From the NCBI GenBank assembly GCA_005880985.1, contig VBIQ01000024.1:6429-70428 (forward strand): a stretch of 64,000 nt of DNA, written 5' to 3'. Shown in pieces: positions 44,402 to 54,169 of the stretch. Source of the DNA: Chloroflexota bacterium (GTDB taxonomy: Bacteria; Chloroflexota; Dormibacteria; Aeolococcales; Aeolococcaceae). The stretch's first letter is position 1, and the number at the start of each line of letters is the position of its first letter. Below the pieces are notes generated by a model that was not told the origin of the DNA, searched no databases, and worked only from the letters and a program-made list of their open reading frames with translations. Both the position numbers and the translations under genes were made by a program.

Positions 44402-45931
44402 TCACCCCGAGAACGCCTGGACAGACCCGCTCGAGCCGAAGCTCGTGCCTGTCTCGACGAAGACGAGGCCGCCGGCGATGCTCACACCGCCGAAGCTGGG
44501 GCCGGCGATGGGAGTGGCGCCGAGGGGGACCCCCGCCGTGGACCACGTCTGCAACATCCCTGAGGAACTGACCGCATAGACCACGCCGTTCGACATCGAC
44601 GTTGCTCCCCACTTGAGCGGCTCGGGGCTCGGCTCCAACCAGGAAACGCTGCCGTCGGTGCCCAACGACCACAACTCGCCCGGTTCGCTGGCCGGCCCGA
44701 CGATGTGCGAGCCGGCGACCGCGGTGGATCCCAGGATGCCGCCGAGGCCCGACCCCGGGGCCACCCGCGTGCTCCACACCGGTTGCAGGGTGTCGCGCCG
44801 CAGCGTCCAGTAGACGCCGGACTTCTGACCCTCGCCAACGACCGGGGTGCCGTCCGCCAGGCGGAAGAGGTTGGGCGACGCTCCGAAGTCGGCGTCCGGA
44901 CCGGTGGGACGGGTGGTCTCCGTCCACACGTCGTTGGGCGTGGCCTGAAAGGAGCGGAGGATCCCCCCGCTGCCGAAGTCGATGGCGAGGATGGAGTCGG
45001 TGTGCGGGTCGGCCGGCGGCGAGTAGGCGTTGCCCGTTCCCTCGTAGACGACGGCGGTCTGAGGATCGACTGCCGCGGTCGACCAGACGCCGCCGCCGGT
45101 CAGACCCGGGGCCACGGTCATCGTCTGCCACCGGATCTTGCCGTGGGCGCCGTCGAGCCGAAGCACGGAGCCACGCGCCGTCGGCTGTGACTGCATGGTC
45201 TCGGCGAAGAGGGCGGAGGTGCCGATGACCACATCGCCCTGGAACACCTGCGGCGACGCATACACGTCGCTGCCCGATTGGGTGGTCAGCACGGTGCGCC
45301 AGAGCACCCTGCCAGTTCCCGCGTCGAGCGCGACCACCGACGGAGAGCCCACCCGCGCGACAGCGACGTACACCCGCCCGCTCGCGTATGCGGCCGACCC
45401 GTTGACGGGACCATCGAGGGCGGTCGTCCACAGCGGCTTGCCGGTCGCTTCGTCGAGCGCCACCGCGAATCCGCCGCCGCTGGCGGCGAAGACGCGGCCG
45501 GCGGCGATCACGGGCGTGCCGCTGAAATCGCCGGAGGTGGAGTCGAAGCGCCAGGCCTGGTGCAGCAGCGCGCCGGCCGCCGGACCGCCCGCCGCCGTGC
45601 GCGTGTTGGCGCCGTCGGCTCCGTAGACGGGCCAGGTGGACGCCGTGGAGGCCGCTGTCATGGGAGTGGTCAGCGCCGGCGCGCCGGCGGCGACCGTACC
45701 GGCCGCCGGCGTGGCGGCGAAGCCCGAGGCCGGCAGCTCGCCGGCCGCCGGGCCGCCCGGCGTCGGCCGGGAGTTGGCACCGGCTCGCAGGATGGGCCAT
45801 GGGGACACCATGGATGCCCCGGTGAGGGGCCTCGTCAGCGCCGGCGCGCCGACGGCGACCGTAGCGGCCGCCAGCAGTGAGCCGGTGGCCGCGATCGATG
45901 CAACCAGCGCGCCAGATGTTCGGGCACTCAT
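44402..45931 (-). CDS. secreted PQQ-like beta-propeller repeat protein
   Basis: Signal peptide, an internally duplicated N-terminal segment, and repeated AxxGxLWxT / AxDxxTGxxLWxT propeller blades. Confidence 0.65.
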   Translation of the reverse strand: MSARTSGALVASIAATGSLLAAATVAVGAPALTRPLTGASMVSPWPILRAGANSRPTPGGPAAGELPASGFAATPAAGTVAAGAPALTTPMTAASTASTWPVYGADGANTRTAAGGPAAGALLHQAWRFDSTSGDFSGTPVIAAGRVFAASGGGFAVALDEATGKPLWTTALDGPVNGSAAYASGRVYVAVARVGSPSVVALDAGTGRVLWRTVLTTQSGSDVYASPQVFQGDVVIGTSALFAETMQSQPTARGSVLRLDGAHGKIRWQTMTVAPGLTGGGVWSTAAVDPQTAVVYEGTGNAYSPPADPHTDSILAIDFGSGGILRSFQATPNDVWTETTRPTGPDADFGASPNLFRLADGTPVVGEGQKSGVYWTLRRDTLQPVWSTRVAPGSGLGGILGSTAVAGSHIVGPASEPGELWSLGTDGSVSWLEPSPEPLKWGATSMSNGVVYAVSSSGMLQTWSTAGVPLGATPIAGPSFGGVSIAGGLVFVETGTSFGSSGSVQAFSG

Positions 45932-46065
45932 GGCTCACTCCCTTCCCGGCAGGAGACAACCCGCCGCCTTCCTGCTCGTACCGCTGGGGGTTACAACGCG
46001 ATTTCAGCGAAAGACCGGCGGCAGCCTGGACCGCACGCGGTTGGTACGGCGGCCGGGGCGGGCGG

Positions 46066-48573
46066 CTAGCCGGCCAGCGAGATCACCGGCGCGCCCGCCG
46101 GCGGCAGCAGGATCCGCTCCAAGAACTCCTCGGCGGGGATGGCGCGGCTGAACAGGAATCCCTGACCACCACGGCACCCGGCGTCGCGCATGATGTCAGC
46201 CTGATCTGGTCGTTCGATCCCCTCAGCCACGGTGTCGAGACGGAGGCTGGACGCCAGGCCGACGATGGTGGCGGCGAGCGCGCGGTCGTCATCGCTGCGG
46301 GCCAGCCGGTCCACGAATGGCTTGGCGATCTTCAGGCTGTCGATGGGGAGATCGCGCAGGATGCTGAGTGAGGAGTAGCCGGTGCCGAAGTCGTCCACCG
46401 CGATCTTGACGCCGAGGCCGCGAAGCCGGCGCAGGGCGTCAAGGGCGAGCTGGTCGTCGACCATCACCCTCTCGGTGACCTCGAGAGTGACATAGCAGGC
46501 GTTGATCCCGTGGCGGGCGAAGGTGCTGGCGACCTCGTCGACGAGACCGGGGTGCTGCAGCTGGCGGCCCGACAGGTTGACGCTCAGCTGCATGCGGGGA
46601 TCCGTCCGCTGCCAGACCGCCAGTTGACGGCAGGCCTGCTCGAGCACGATCCGCCCCAGGGGGACGATCAGGCCGGTCTCCTCGGCGAGGGGGATGAACT
46701 CATCCGGACTGATCGATCCGCGGTCGGGATGGCTCCATCGCACCAGCGCCTCGGCGGCGGTGATCCGGCCGGTGTCGAGGTCGATGATCGGCTGGTAATG
46801 AACCTGGAACGCCTCATCGCTCACCGCGCGTTCGAGGTCGACGCGCAACTGGTGGCGCGCCATCACCTCCACCTGCATGACCGGCTGGAACACCACGCAT
46901 CGGTTCTTGCCCTGCGCCTTGGCCCGGTACATCGCCAGGTCGGCGCTGCTGAGAAGGTCGTCGACGGTCACGATGGAGGGGTTGTCGCCGACGATGCCGA
47001 TGCTGCCGCGAATCGTCACGTCGCAGCCCGAGAGATGGAAGGGAGCGCGCAGCGCGTCGAGGATGCGTTCGGCGACGGCGACGGCGCCGTCGGTGTCGGA
47101 GGACGAGGCCAGCATGACCGCGAACTCGTCGCCCCCGAGGCGCGCTGCCAGGTCAGCGGGCCGCAGGCAGCTGGTGAGCCGCTCGGCGATGCCGATCAGC
47201 AGCTGGTCGCCGGCCGGGTGGCCGAGAGTGTCGTTGACGGTCTTGAAGTCGTCGACGTCGAGGAGCAGCACGGTGCAGGTGCGCTGCCGGCCGCTGTCGA
47301 GCGCCGCCTGCATGCGCTCTGCCAGCAGGGCGCGGTTGGCGAGCCCGGTCAGCGGGTCGTGGGAGGCGCGATATTCGAGCTCCGCCTCCAGCCGGCCGTT
47401 GTCGAGCGACACGCTCGCCGGCCCGGCGAACGCCTCCAGGAGCTCGAGGTCGTCGCGCCCGAAGGCGCTCACCGCGTCGCGGCGGTTGGCGACGATGAGT
47501 GCGCCGGCGGTGCCGTGCTCGCCGGTGAGGGAGATGGCCATGCCGTTGCGGCAGCCGCGGGCGGCGAGCAGGCCGGCGTGATCGGCGGGATCCAGCAGCA
47601 CCGGGGTGCGAGCGGTCGCGAGGGCGACGGCCGGATCGGAGGACGCGACGGTCTCGGTGACCAGCCCGGCGCTCTCGACGGGGCCGAGGACACAGCGTCG
47701 CACGTCGCCCTGCTTGGTGGGAAGCAGCACCACCTCGGCGACCTCGGCGTTGAACATCTCGCGCGCCTGGGAAAGCAGGGTGGTGATCGACGCGTCGCCG
47801 CCGTGGCTGCGATGCAGGGCTCCGCTGGTGTCATAGAGGCGGCGGACCTGGGCGTGCCGGTGGCGCTCGAAGAGGTAGCCGCGATAGGCGATCGCCAGGG
47901 CGGCGACCGGGATCACCAGCAGCGCCGCCGCCTGGGCATCGTGGCCGACGACGTGCACACCGGTGAGTCCGAGCAGGGTGTTGAGAACCGACGCGGGGAC
48001 GACGAACCGCAGGATCCCGGCGACCTCGCGACCGCGCCGGGCATCGGTCGACACCGCCACGATCAACGCGGTGAGAAGCTGTCCGACCGTCGACGCGCTG
48101 ACGGCGGCGGCGAGGATCGCCAACCACCCGATGGTCGAGGCGACGGCGTGCCCTGCCAGCAGCGAGTTGAGGACGAACATGGCTACATCCGCCTCGATGG
48201 CGAACACCGCCAGGTTGAAGACGATCTTCAGCGGCTGCTGCCGGCGGTAGAGGGTGAGAGAGACGGCGGTGCCGATCAGGCCGCCGGCCAGCAGTGCGCT
48301 CGGTGACGAGCCGGCCAGTCCGAGCACCAGCGGCACCTCGCTCAGGGTGAAGGTGAACGCCTGGTTGCGAACCGTGACGTGGACACCGGCGACGGTGGCC
48401 AGGAAATAGGCGATGCCGAGCCCCCACCAGGGCAGGGCGATGTCCCCTGCGAGCGAGCGGTGGAGGCTCAGCAGCCAGACCGTCAGCAGTGCCGCTCCGG
48501 TGACCAGGAGGGCGGTGAGAATCCGCGGCCCGCGGCCGGCGGTCGTCCTCCCGTGCCGGAGCGGCAGGACCAC
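46066..48573 (-). CDS. membrane sensor diguanylate cyclase/phosphodiesterase (N-terminal multi-TM sensor, GAF-like, GGDEF, EAL)
   Basis: About 8 N-terminal TM helices. GGDEF motif RLGGDEFAV. EAL motif EALVRW plus the conserved DDFGTGYSS-type block. Confidence 0.85.
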   Translation of the reverse strand: MVLPLRHGRTTAGRGPRILTALLVTGAALLTVWLLSLHRSLAGDIALPWWGLGIAYFLATVAGVHVTVRNQAFTFTLSEVPLVLGLAGSSPSALLAGGLIGTAVSLTLYRRQQPLKIVFNLAVFAIEADVAMFVLNSLLAGHAVASTIGWLAILAAAVSASTVGQLLTALIVAVSTDARRGREVAGILRFVVPASVLNTLLGLTGVHVVGHDAQAAALLVIPVAALAIAYRGYLFERHRHAQVRRLYDTSGALHRSHGGDASITTLLSQAREMFNAEVAEVVLLPTKQGDVRRCVLGPVESAGLVTETVASSDPAVALATARTPVLLDPADHAGLLAARGCRNGMAISLTGEHGTAGALIVANRRDAVSAFGRDDLELLEAFAGPASVSLDNGRLEAELEYRASHDPLTGLANRALLAERMQAALDSGRQRTCTVLLLDVDDFKTVNDTLGHPAGDQLLIGIAERLTSCLRPADLAARLGGDEFAVMLASSSDTDGAVAVAERILDALRAPFHLSGCDVTIRGSIGIVGDNPSIVTVDDLLSSADLAMYRAKAQGKNRCVVFQPVMQVEVMARHQLRVDLERAVSDEAFQVHYQPIIDLDTGRITAAEALVRWSHPDRGSISPDEFIPLAEETGLIVPLGRIVLEQACRQLAVWQRTDPRMQLSVNLSGRQLQHPGLVDEVASTFARHGINACYVTLEVTERVMVDDQLALDALRRLRGLGVKIAVDDFGTGYSSLSILRDLPIDSLKIAKPFVDRLARSDDDRALAATIVGLASSLRLDTVAEGIERPDQADIMRDAGCRGGQGFLFSRAIPAEEFLERILLPPAGAPVISLAG

Positions 48574-48790
48574 TAGCCGCTAGACCACTGGCCGCCGGAC
48601 CACTGGCCGCCGGACCACTGGCCGCCGGACCATTGGCCGCCGGACCACTGACCGCCGGACCACTGACCGCCGGACCACTGGCCGCCGGACCACTGGCCGC
48701 CGGACCACTGGCCACCCGACCACTGGCCACCCGACCACTGGCCGCCGGACCACTGTCCACCCGACCACGTCGTCGTGCCGGCCCAGCTGG
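48573..48790 (-). repeat. about 13 tandem 15-bp repeats (ggaccactggccgcc) encoding the pentapeptide array WSGGQ at the C-terminus of the S8 peptidase
   Basis: Direct reading of 48576-48790 on the plus strand. Confidence 0.85.
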
Positions 48791-50189
48791 TGCCACACCA
48801 GCACGCCCCGGCCCAGGTGGCGCCGTTCCAGCTGCCCGCGGTCCACGCCGACCCGCCCGCCGCGGCCTTGGCCCAGGTGGCGCCGACCCACGGCTTGCCC
48901 ATGATGTCCTGCTCGCCGGTCAGCGCCACGCCGTTGGCGGTGACATAGCTGCCGCCACGGGCCTGGTCGAGCGAACCGGTGCCGGTCGCTTTGGCCCATC
49001 CCTGCGTCGATCCCCACGGAACCCAGGCGGTGGCCGCCGCTCCGACGTTGATGAATCCGGAGCCTTCGGCGCTGCCGTCCAGCAGGGCCAGGGATGCGGA
49101 GGTGGACCTCAGCAGAGCCTTGACCTGGTCGGGGGTGAGGCTGGGACGCGCCTGGAGAACCAGTGCGACCGCCCCGGACACCACCGCCGCGGCCTGCGAG
49201 GTGCCGGAACCGCGGAAGAAGCGGGTGTCGACGACCGCGCCGGGGTGGGCGAGGTCGATGGCGGAGCTGGGATCGCGCAGGCTCGCGATGGAGACGCCGG
49301 GGCTGACCACGTCGACCGACCTGCTCCAGCTGCGACTGGAGAAAGGAGCGACGGTGGTGCAGCCGAGAAGGTTGGTTGCATGGAGGTCGGCGGCTCCGAC
49401 CGAGAGCACGTAGGGGTCGACGCCGGGATCGCGAAGCGACCCGAACGAGGTGCCGTCGTTGCCGCCCGACACCACGGTGACGATGCCGTGCCGCCACGCG
49501 TTCTCCACCGCGAAGGCGATGGGGTCCACCTGGTAGCTCTGCAGGCTCCTGGTGCCGAACGAGAGGTTGAGGACCCGGATGTTCATGCCCGGGTCGTTGC
49601 GGTGCTGGACGACCCAGTCGATGGCGGCCAGCATCTGCGATACGTCATCGAGGCCGGCGTAGGTGGCCACCTTGAGGACGACGAGATGAGCGCCGGGGGC
49701 GACGCCCTGGAAGCTGCCTCCCGGGCCGTCGTTGCCGGCGATGATGCCGGCCATGTGGGTCCCGTGTCCGTAGGTGTCGAGGTACCGGGTGCCGGCACTC
49801 TGCGACTCGAACGAGAGGTCGGGCCCGTTGATCACCTTGCCCGAGCCGTTGAGGCCCTGGACCGGCACCACGCCGGAGTCGATCACGGCGACCCCGATGC
49901 CCGATCCGTCGATCCCGCTCGCATGGAGTTGAGTGGCGCCGATCGCCTGCTCAACCTGTGTCAGCGTGGTCGGCGGGGTCGTCGCCCCATCGTCCCACCC
50001 GGCGGAGACGACGTTGCCGAGGGTATTGGTGACGGGGCAGAGAAGGCCACCGAGCAGACCGGCTGACGCCGGACGGTCGAAGACCGCCGCCGCGGTGAGC
50101 ATCGACAGCGCCACCAGCGCGGAGAGAGCCGCTCGAGCCCGCGTGCGGCGTCGGTCGGCGTGGACGTGGTCTTGGTGGCCAGGACTCAT
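48573..50189 (-). CDS. secreted subtilisin-like (S8) serine peptidase with C-terminal (SGGQW)n tail
   Basis: Catalytic triad motifs VAVIDSGV, HGTHMAGIIAG and GTSQAAAVVSGAVAL. Signal peptide RRRTRARAALSALVALSMLTAAAV. The start is taken at the internal Met (the track ORF extends to 50369). Confidence 0.8.
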   Translation of the reverse strand: MSPGHQDHVHADRRRTRARAALSALVALSMLTAAAVFDRPASAGLLGGLLCPVTNTLGNVVSAGWDDGATTPPTTLTQVEQAIGATQLHASGIDGSGIGVAVIDSGVVPVQGLNGSGKVINGPDLSFESQSAGTRYLDTYGHGTHMAGIIAGNDGPGGSFQGVAPGAHLVVLKVATYAGLDDVSQMLAAIDWVVQHRNDPGMNIRVLNLSFGTRSLQSYQVDPIAFAVENAWRHGIVTVVSGGNDGTSFGSLRDPGVDPYVLSVGAADLHATNLLGCTTVAPFSSRSWSRSVDVVSPGVSIASLRDPSSAIDLAHPGAVVDTRFFRGSGTSQAAAVVSGAVALVLQARPSLTPDQVKALLRSTSASLALLDGSAEGSGFINVGAAATAWVPWGSTQGWAKATGTGSLDQARGGSYVTANGVALTGEQDIMGKPWVGATWAKAAAGGSAWTAGSWNGATWAGACWCGTSWAGTTTWSGGQWSGGQWSGGQWSGGQWSGGQWSGGQWSGGQWSGGQWSGGQWSGGQWSGGQWSGGQWSSG

Positions 50190-50342
50190 GACTGCCCTCT
50201 CCCGTGTCATCGGATGACCCGCCGTTGCGGGGTTGTCCCACCCACCGATGCGGTTATGCCTGGGCCCATGGAGAACAAGGGTTAAGCCGATGCAACGGTG
50301 GGGTGACGCCACCGGCCTGTTACCGCATCTGCGCCCGAACGG

Positions 50343-52190
50343 TTGCGAGGCCGCCTGGGAGAGCGTCACCTGACGGTGCGGAGATTGATCACCCTGCTGT
50401 CACGCGACGCCCGCTACCGTGTGCGGGTGCAGCCCCCCAGGCGCCGCCTGGCGCCTCTCGTCGCCGCCCTCATCGGCCTTTCCGCGGCCGTCGGCGCTGC
50501 GCGCCCGCTGGCCGTCCGCGCCTCGACGCCCCTGCCGGCGGCGCCGGGATGTCCGATGTTCCCGGCCGACAACGTCTGGAACACCGACATCTCGAATCTC
50601 CCCGTGCATCCGCAGAGCGGGGCGTGGATCGGCAGCAGCGGCGGCTCCCAGCAGCGGCTGCACCCCGACTTCGGTCCGTCGGGAGGCTCGATGCCGTACG
50701 GGATCCCCTTCCAGGTGGTTCCCGACAGTCATCAGAAGGTCGCGGTGAGCTTCACCTACGCCGGTGAGAGCGATCCCGGACCGTATCCGCTGGGGCCGGA
50801 CACGCCGATCGAGGGCGGAGCCTCGAGCACCGGGGATCGCCACGCGCTGGTGGTGGACCGCGACACATGCAAGCTCTATGAGACCTTCGACACCCACTAT
50901 TCGCCGTCGGGATCGACGGCCGGATCGGGCGCGATCTTCGACCTCCAATCCAGCCAGCTGCGCCCGAGTGGCTGGACCAGCGCGGACGCCGCCGGACTGC
51001 CGATGCTCCCTGGGCTGCTGCGGCGCGACGAGGTGCTCTCCGGATCGGTCACCCACGCGATCCGGATGACGGTGCAGCGCACCGATCGCAGCTTCCTCTG
51101 GCCGGCTCGCCACCAGGCCGGCGCCGCCAGCGATCCGTCCCTGCCACCGATGGGGGCGCGCTTCCGCATGGGTGCCGGCGTCGACATCTCCGGGTTCAGC
51201 CCGCAGGCGCAGGTGATCCTCACCGCGATGAAGCACTACGGTCTGATCGTCGCCGACAACGGCAGCAACTGGTACTTCGGCGGCGCCGCCGAGGAGGGCT
51301 GGGACACCGCCGTTCTCGACGAGCTCAAGACGATTCCGGCGGGCGACTTCGACGCCGTGGACGAGTCGTCGCTGATGATCGACGCAAACTCGGCGCAGGC
51401 ACGCCAGCCGGGCCCGCCTCCTCCGCCCCCACCCTCTGGGAGTCGCGGCTACTGGCTGGTCGCGGGTGACGGCGGGGTGTTCACCTTCGGCAGCGCGCCC
51501 TTCTACGGAAGCATGGGGGGAACGCCGTTGAACCGTCCCGTCGTCGGCATCGCCCGGACCGCAGACGGTGGCGGCTACTGGGAGGTGGCTTCCGACGGTG
51601 GCATCTTCAGCTTCGGTGACGCCGGCTTCTACGGCAGCGAGGGCGCGCGGCCGCTCAACCGACCGATCGTCGGCATGGCGGCGACTCCATCGGGTCGGGG
51701 CTACTGGCTGGTCGCCAGCGATGGCGGCATCTTCAGCTTCGGTGACGCCGGCTTCTACGGCAGCGAAGGCGCGCGGCCGCTCAACAAGCCGATCGCCGGT
51801 ATGGCGGCGACGCCGTCGGGTCGCGGTTACTGGCTGGTCGCCAGTGACGGCGGCATCTTCGCCTTCGGCGACGCCGGCTTCTACGGCAGCGAGGGGGCAC
51901 GGCCGCTCAACCGCCCGATCGTCGGTGTCTCGGCCAGCTCATCGGGAGGCGGGTACTGGCTGGCGGCGGCCGACGGCGGAGTCTTCGCGCACGGCGACGC
52001 TCCCTTCCGGGGCAGCGCCGGATCGCTGCCGCTGGTGTCGCCGGTGGTCGCCGTCGCCGGGTCACCGCTCGGTGGCTACTGGCTCGCCGCCGGCGACGGC
52101 GGCATGTTCAGCTACGGCGTTCCCTTCCTCGGCAGCATGGGCGGGCACCCGCTGAACCGGCCGATCGTCGCCATGACCGCCATCGGCTGA
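50343..52190 (+). CDS. secreted protein: N-terminal ~300-aa domain of unknown function, poly-Pro linker, six ~41-aa [42 protein letters not shown] propeller-like repeats
   Basis: Signal peptide [26 protein letters not shown]. The repeats are nearly identical at DNA level (51440-52185). Confidence 0.6.
   Translation: [615 protein letters not shown]
51440..52185 (+). repeat. six tandem ~123-bp coding repeats (41-aa unit), several copies >90% identical
   Basis: Direct reading: ggctactggctggtcgccagcgatggcggcatcttcagcttcggtgacgccggcttctacggcagcga... recurs. Confidence 0.8.
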
Positions 52191-52217
52191 GCGGCCGCCG
52201 GCAGCCGCACCCGCGGC

Positions 52218-52979
52218 TCAGCCGAACTGGGTGCGCGGGCGCTCGTACCTCTCGCCGTCGATGTACATGTCGACCTTCTCGTTGTAGAAGCACGCGAGCC
52301 CGGCGATCTTCTGACTCTCCGGAAGTGGGGCTCGATAGGTCCAGACGATGTCCTGGTGGACACCCACGCCGGTGTCGACGGTCCAGTAGCTCGCGGTGCC
52401 CTTGTACGGGCAGTGGCTGGTCGTCGCCGAGGGGCGCAGGAGGTCCATCCGCAGGTGGGCGAGCGGAAGGTAGTACCGGGGCGGCAGGCCGGTCTCGAAG
52501 AGGACGGTCGGGCGGTGAGACTCGGCAACCGTGACGCCGTCGATGTCGACGCGCACGTGCCGCGAGCTGGTGAGGATGTCGACCCGCGTGTAGGGGTCGC
52601 GAGGATGCGTGTAGACGGGTTCGTCCTCCTCCAGCCACTCGGTCATCGCGCCCCAATCCAGCCGCACCAGTGGGCGGATCGGTGCCAGCGGCGAGTCGGG
52701 GAAGCGCTGGGCGGCGCCGGGGGCGGTTGCCGAGCCGACCCTCACGTCCAGGATCTGCCCGTCGCCGCGACTGGGTGAGTGCTCGACCCTCCCGGTGGCG
52801 AGCAGCTCGGCGCGGACGTCGTCGGCGGGGAAGTAGTAGGTGGGGTAGTAGGGCTTCTCCCACACCAACACCGGGTGGATCGAGTCGACCACCAGCTGGC
52901 CGGAGAGATAGGCACGAACCCGCTTCTGGCTCGGCTCGGTGCGCACCCGTCCGCGCGAGGTTTCGGTCATGGTGGTCAT
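52218..52979 (-). CDS. tandem DUF427-domain protein
   Basis: Two copies of the DUF427 pattern (VRAYLSGQLVVDSIHPVLVWEKPYYPTYYFPADDV and VRVDIDGVTVAESHRPTVLFETGLPPRYYLPLAHL). Confidence 0.6.
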   Translation of the reverse strand: MTTMTETSRGRVRTEPSQKRVRAYLSGQLVVDSIHPVLVWEKPYYPTYYFPADDVRAELLATGRVEHSPSRGDGQILDVRVGSATAPGAAQRFPDSPLAPIRPLVRLDWGAMTEWLEEDEPVYTHPRDPYTRVDILTSSRHVRVDIDGVTVAESHRPTVLFETGLPPRYYLPLAHLRMDLLRPSATTSHCPYKGTASYWTVDTGVGVHQDIVWTYRAPLPESQKIAGLACFYNEKVDMYIDGERYERPRTQFG

Positions 52980-53255
52980 GGGGATCTCCGGTCGAGCGGG
53001 CTCGCGGTGCTCAGGGGCAACGATCCCGACCACACTACGCTAGCGGGTGGTGAGCTCACCCCCGGAGGGTGCTGGCTGTGCGCAGGATGCCGGGCCGGAT
53101 GTGCAGCGCTACGCCACCGCGGTGATCTACTGCCGCGCGGTCTCGGTGGCCTTCGGTGCCGCCCCGCTCACGCCGAGCTGATCGGCGTCTCTGCGATACG
53201 AAAAGGGCCGGCACCCATCGATGCCGGCCCTTCGAGCCTCAGCTCTCGGTGAGGA

Positions 53256-53933
53256 TCACTGGCTGCCGATGCCGATGAACCCGTTGATGGCGGCGCTGGT
53301 CACGCCAGCACCGCTGCAGGCGGTGGCATCGGGTGGCTGGAAGGTGAGCTCGCCCAGGGCGGAGTCGCCGGCGAACCGCGTGGTGCTCACCGTGTGAGTC
53401 GATGCCGGCGGTGCCTGGGTGGGACCGGTGTAGCTGACCAGGGTGCTGGTGATGCCGGTGCCGACGGTCCCCGTCAGGTGGACGAGCGCCAGCGCTCCGG
53501 TGGTGGTGTAGTCGACCGCGGTGGTGGTTCCGTCCGCCCAGGTGGTCAGCGCCGTTCCGCTGGTGGTGCTGCTGGCACAGCTCCCGTTGCCGGCGGGAAT
53601 CGGCTCCTGATAGGTGGCGTTGGCGGTGCCGGAATGGACCCCGGTGGAGTCGGTGTAGGTCCAGTTGTAGGCGACGACCACCGTCTTGCCCGCCTCGACC
53701 GTGCCCGAGGTGGGGGCGCCCGCGATGTTGGACTGACAGCTGCTGAGGTTTCCAGAGAAGTTGTATGTGAAGTTCGCGGCCGTGTTGGTCAGCCCGGGCG
53801 TGATGTTCGCCGTGCCGGCCAGCTGACAGCCGCCGCCGCCGGGTGCCGCAACCGCGGCACTCGGTCCGCCCACCAGCAGGCTGACAAGCCCGCCGGCGCC
53901 CACCAGCACTATCCCGAAACGCCGATAGACCAT
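53256..53933 (-). CDS. secreted Thr/Gly/Ser-rich hypothetical protein
   Basis: Signal peptide MVYRRFGIVLVGAGGLVSLLVGGPSAAVAAP (Met31 of the track ORF). No known domain. Confidence 0.45.
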   Translation of the reverse strand: MVYRRFGIVLVGAGGLVSLLVGGPSAAVAAPGGGGCQLAGTANITPGLTNTAANFTYNFSGNLSSCQSNIAGAPTSGTVEAGKTVVVAYNWTYTDSTGVHSGTANATYQEPIPAGNGSCASSTTSGTALTTWADGTTTAVDYTTTGALALVHLTGTVGTGITSTLVSYTGPTQAPPASTHTVSTTRFAGDSALGELTFQPPDATACSGAGVTSAAINGFIGIGSQ

Positions 53934-54169
53934 GCTCGCTCCTCCCTTCCTGGACCGCAGCCGCTCCTGCGGGTGTGGCGGCAGACTGTAGCGTGATAGC
54001 CGCACTACCCGCTCTCCCATCATCCGATGACAACGCAGTGACAGTGCGGCTCTTGCGGGTTTCCTGAGCGTTTCTTTGGGTCATTAGATTCAATTGCTAC
54101 GATTGCCGCGACCATGTCGCCGGGCTCGAACGGAGGGCGGCAGGCGATTGCGCATGCTTTGCCCTCGTT

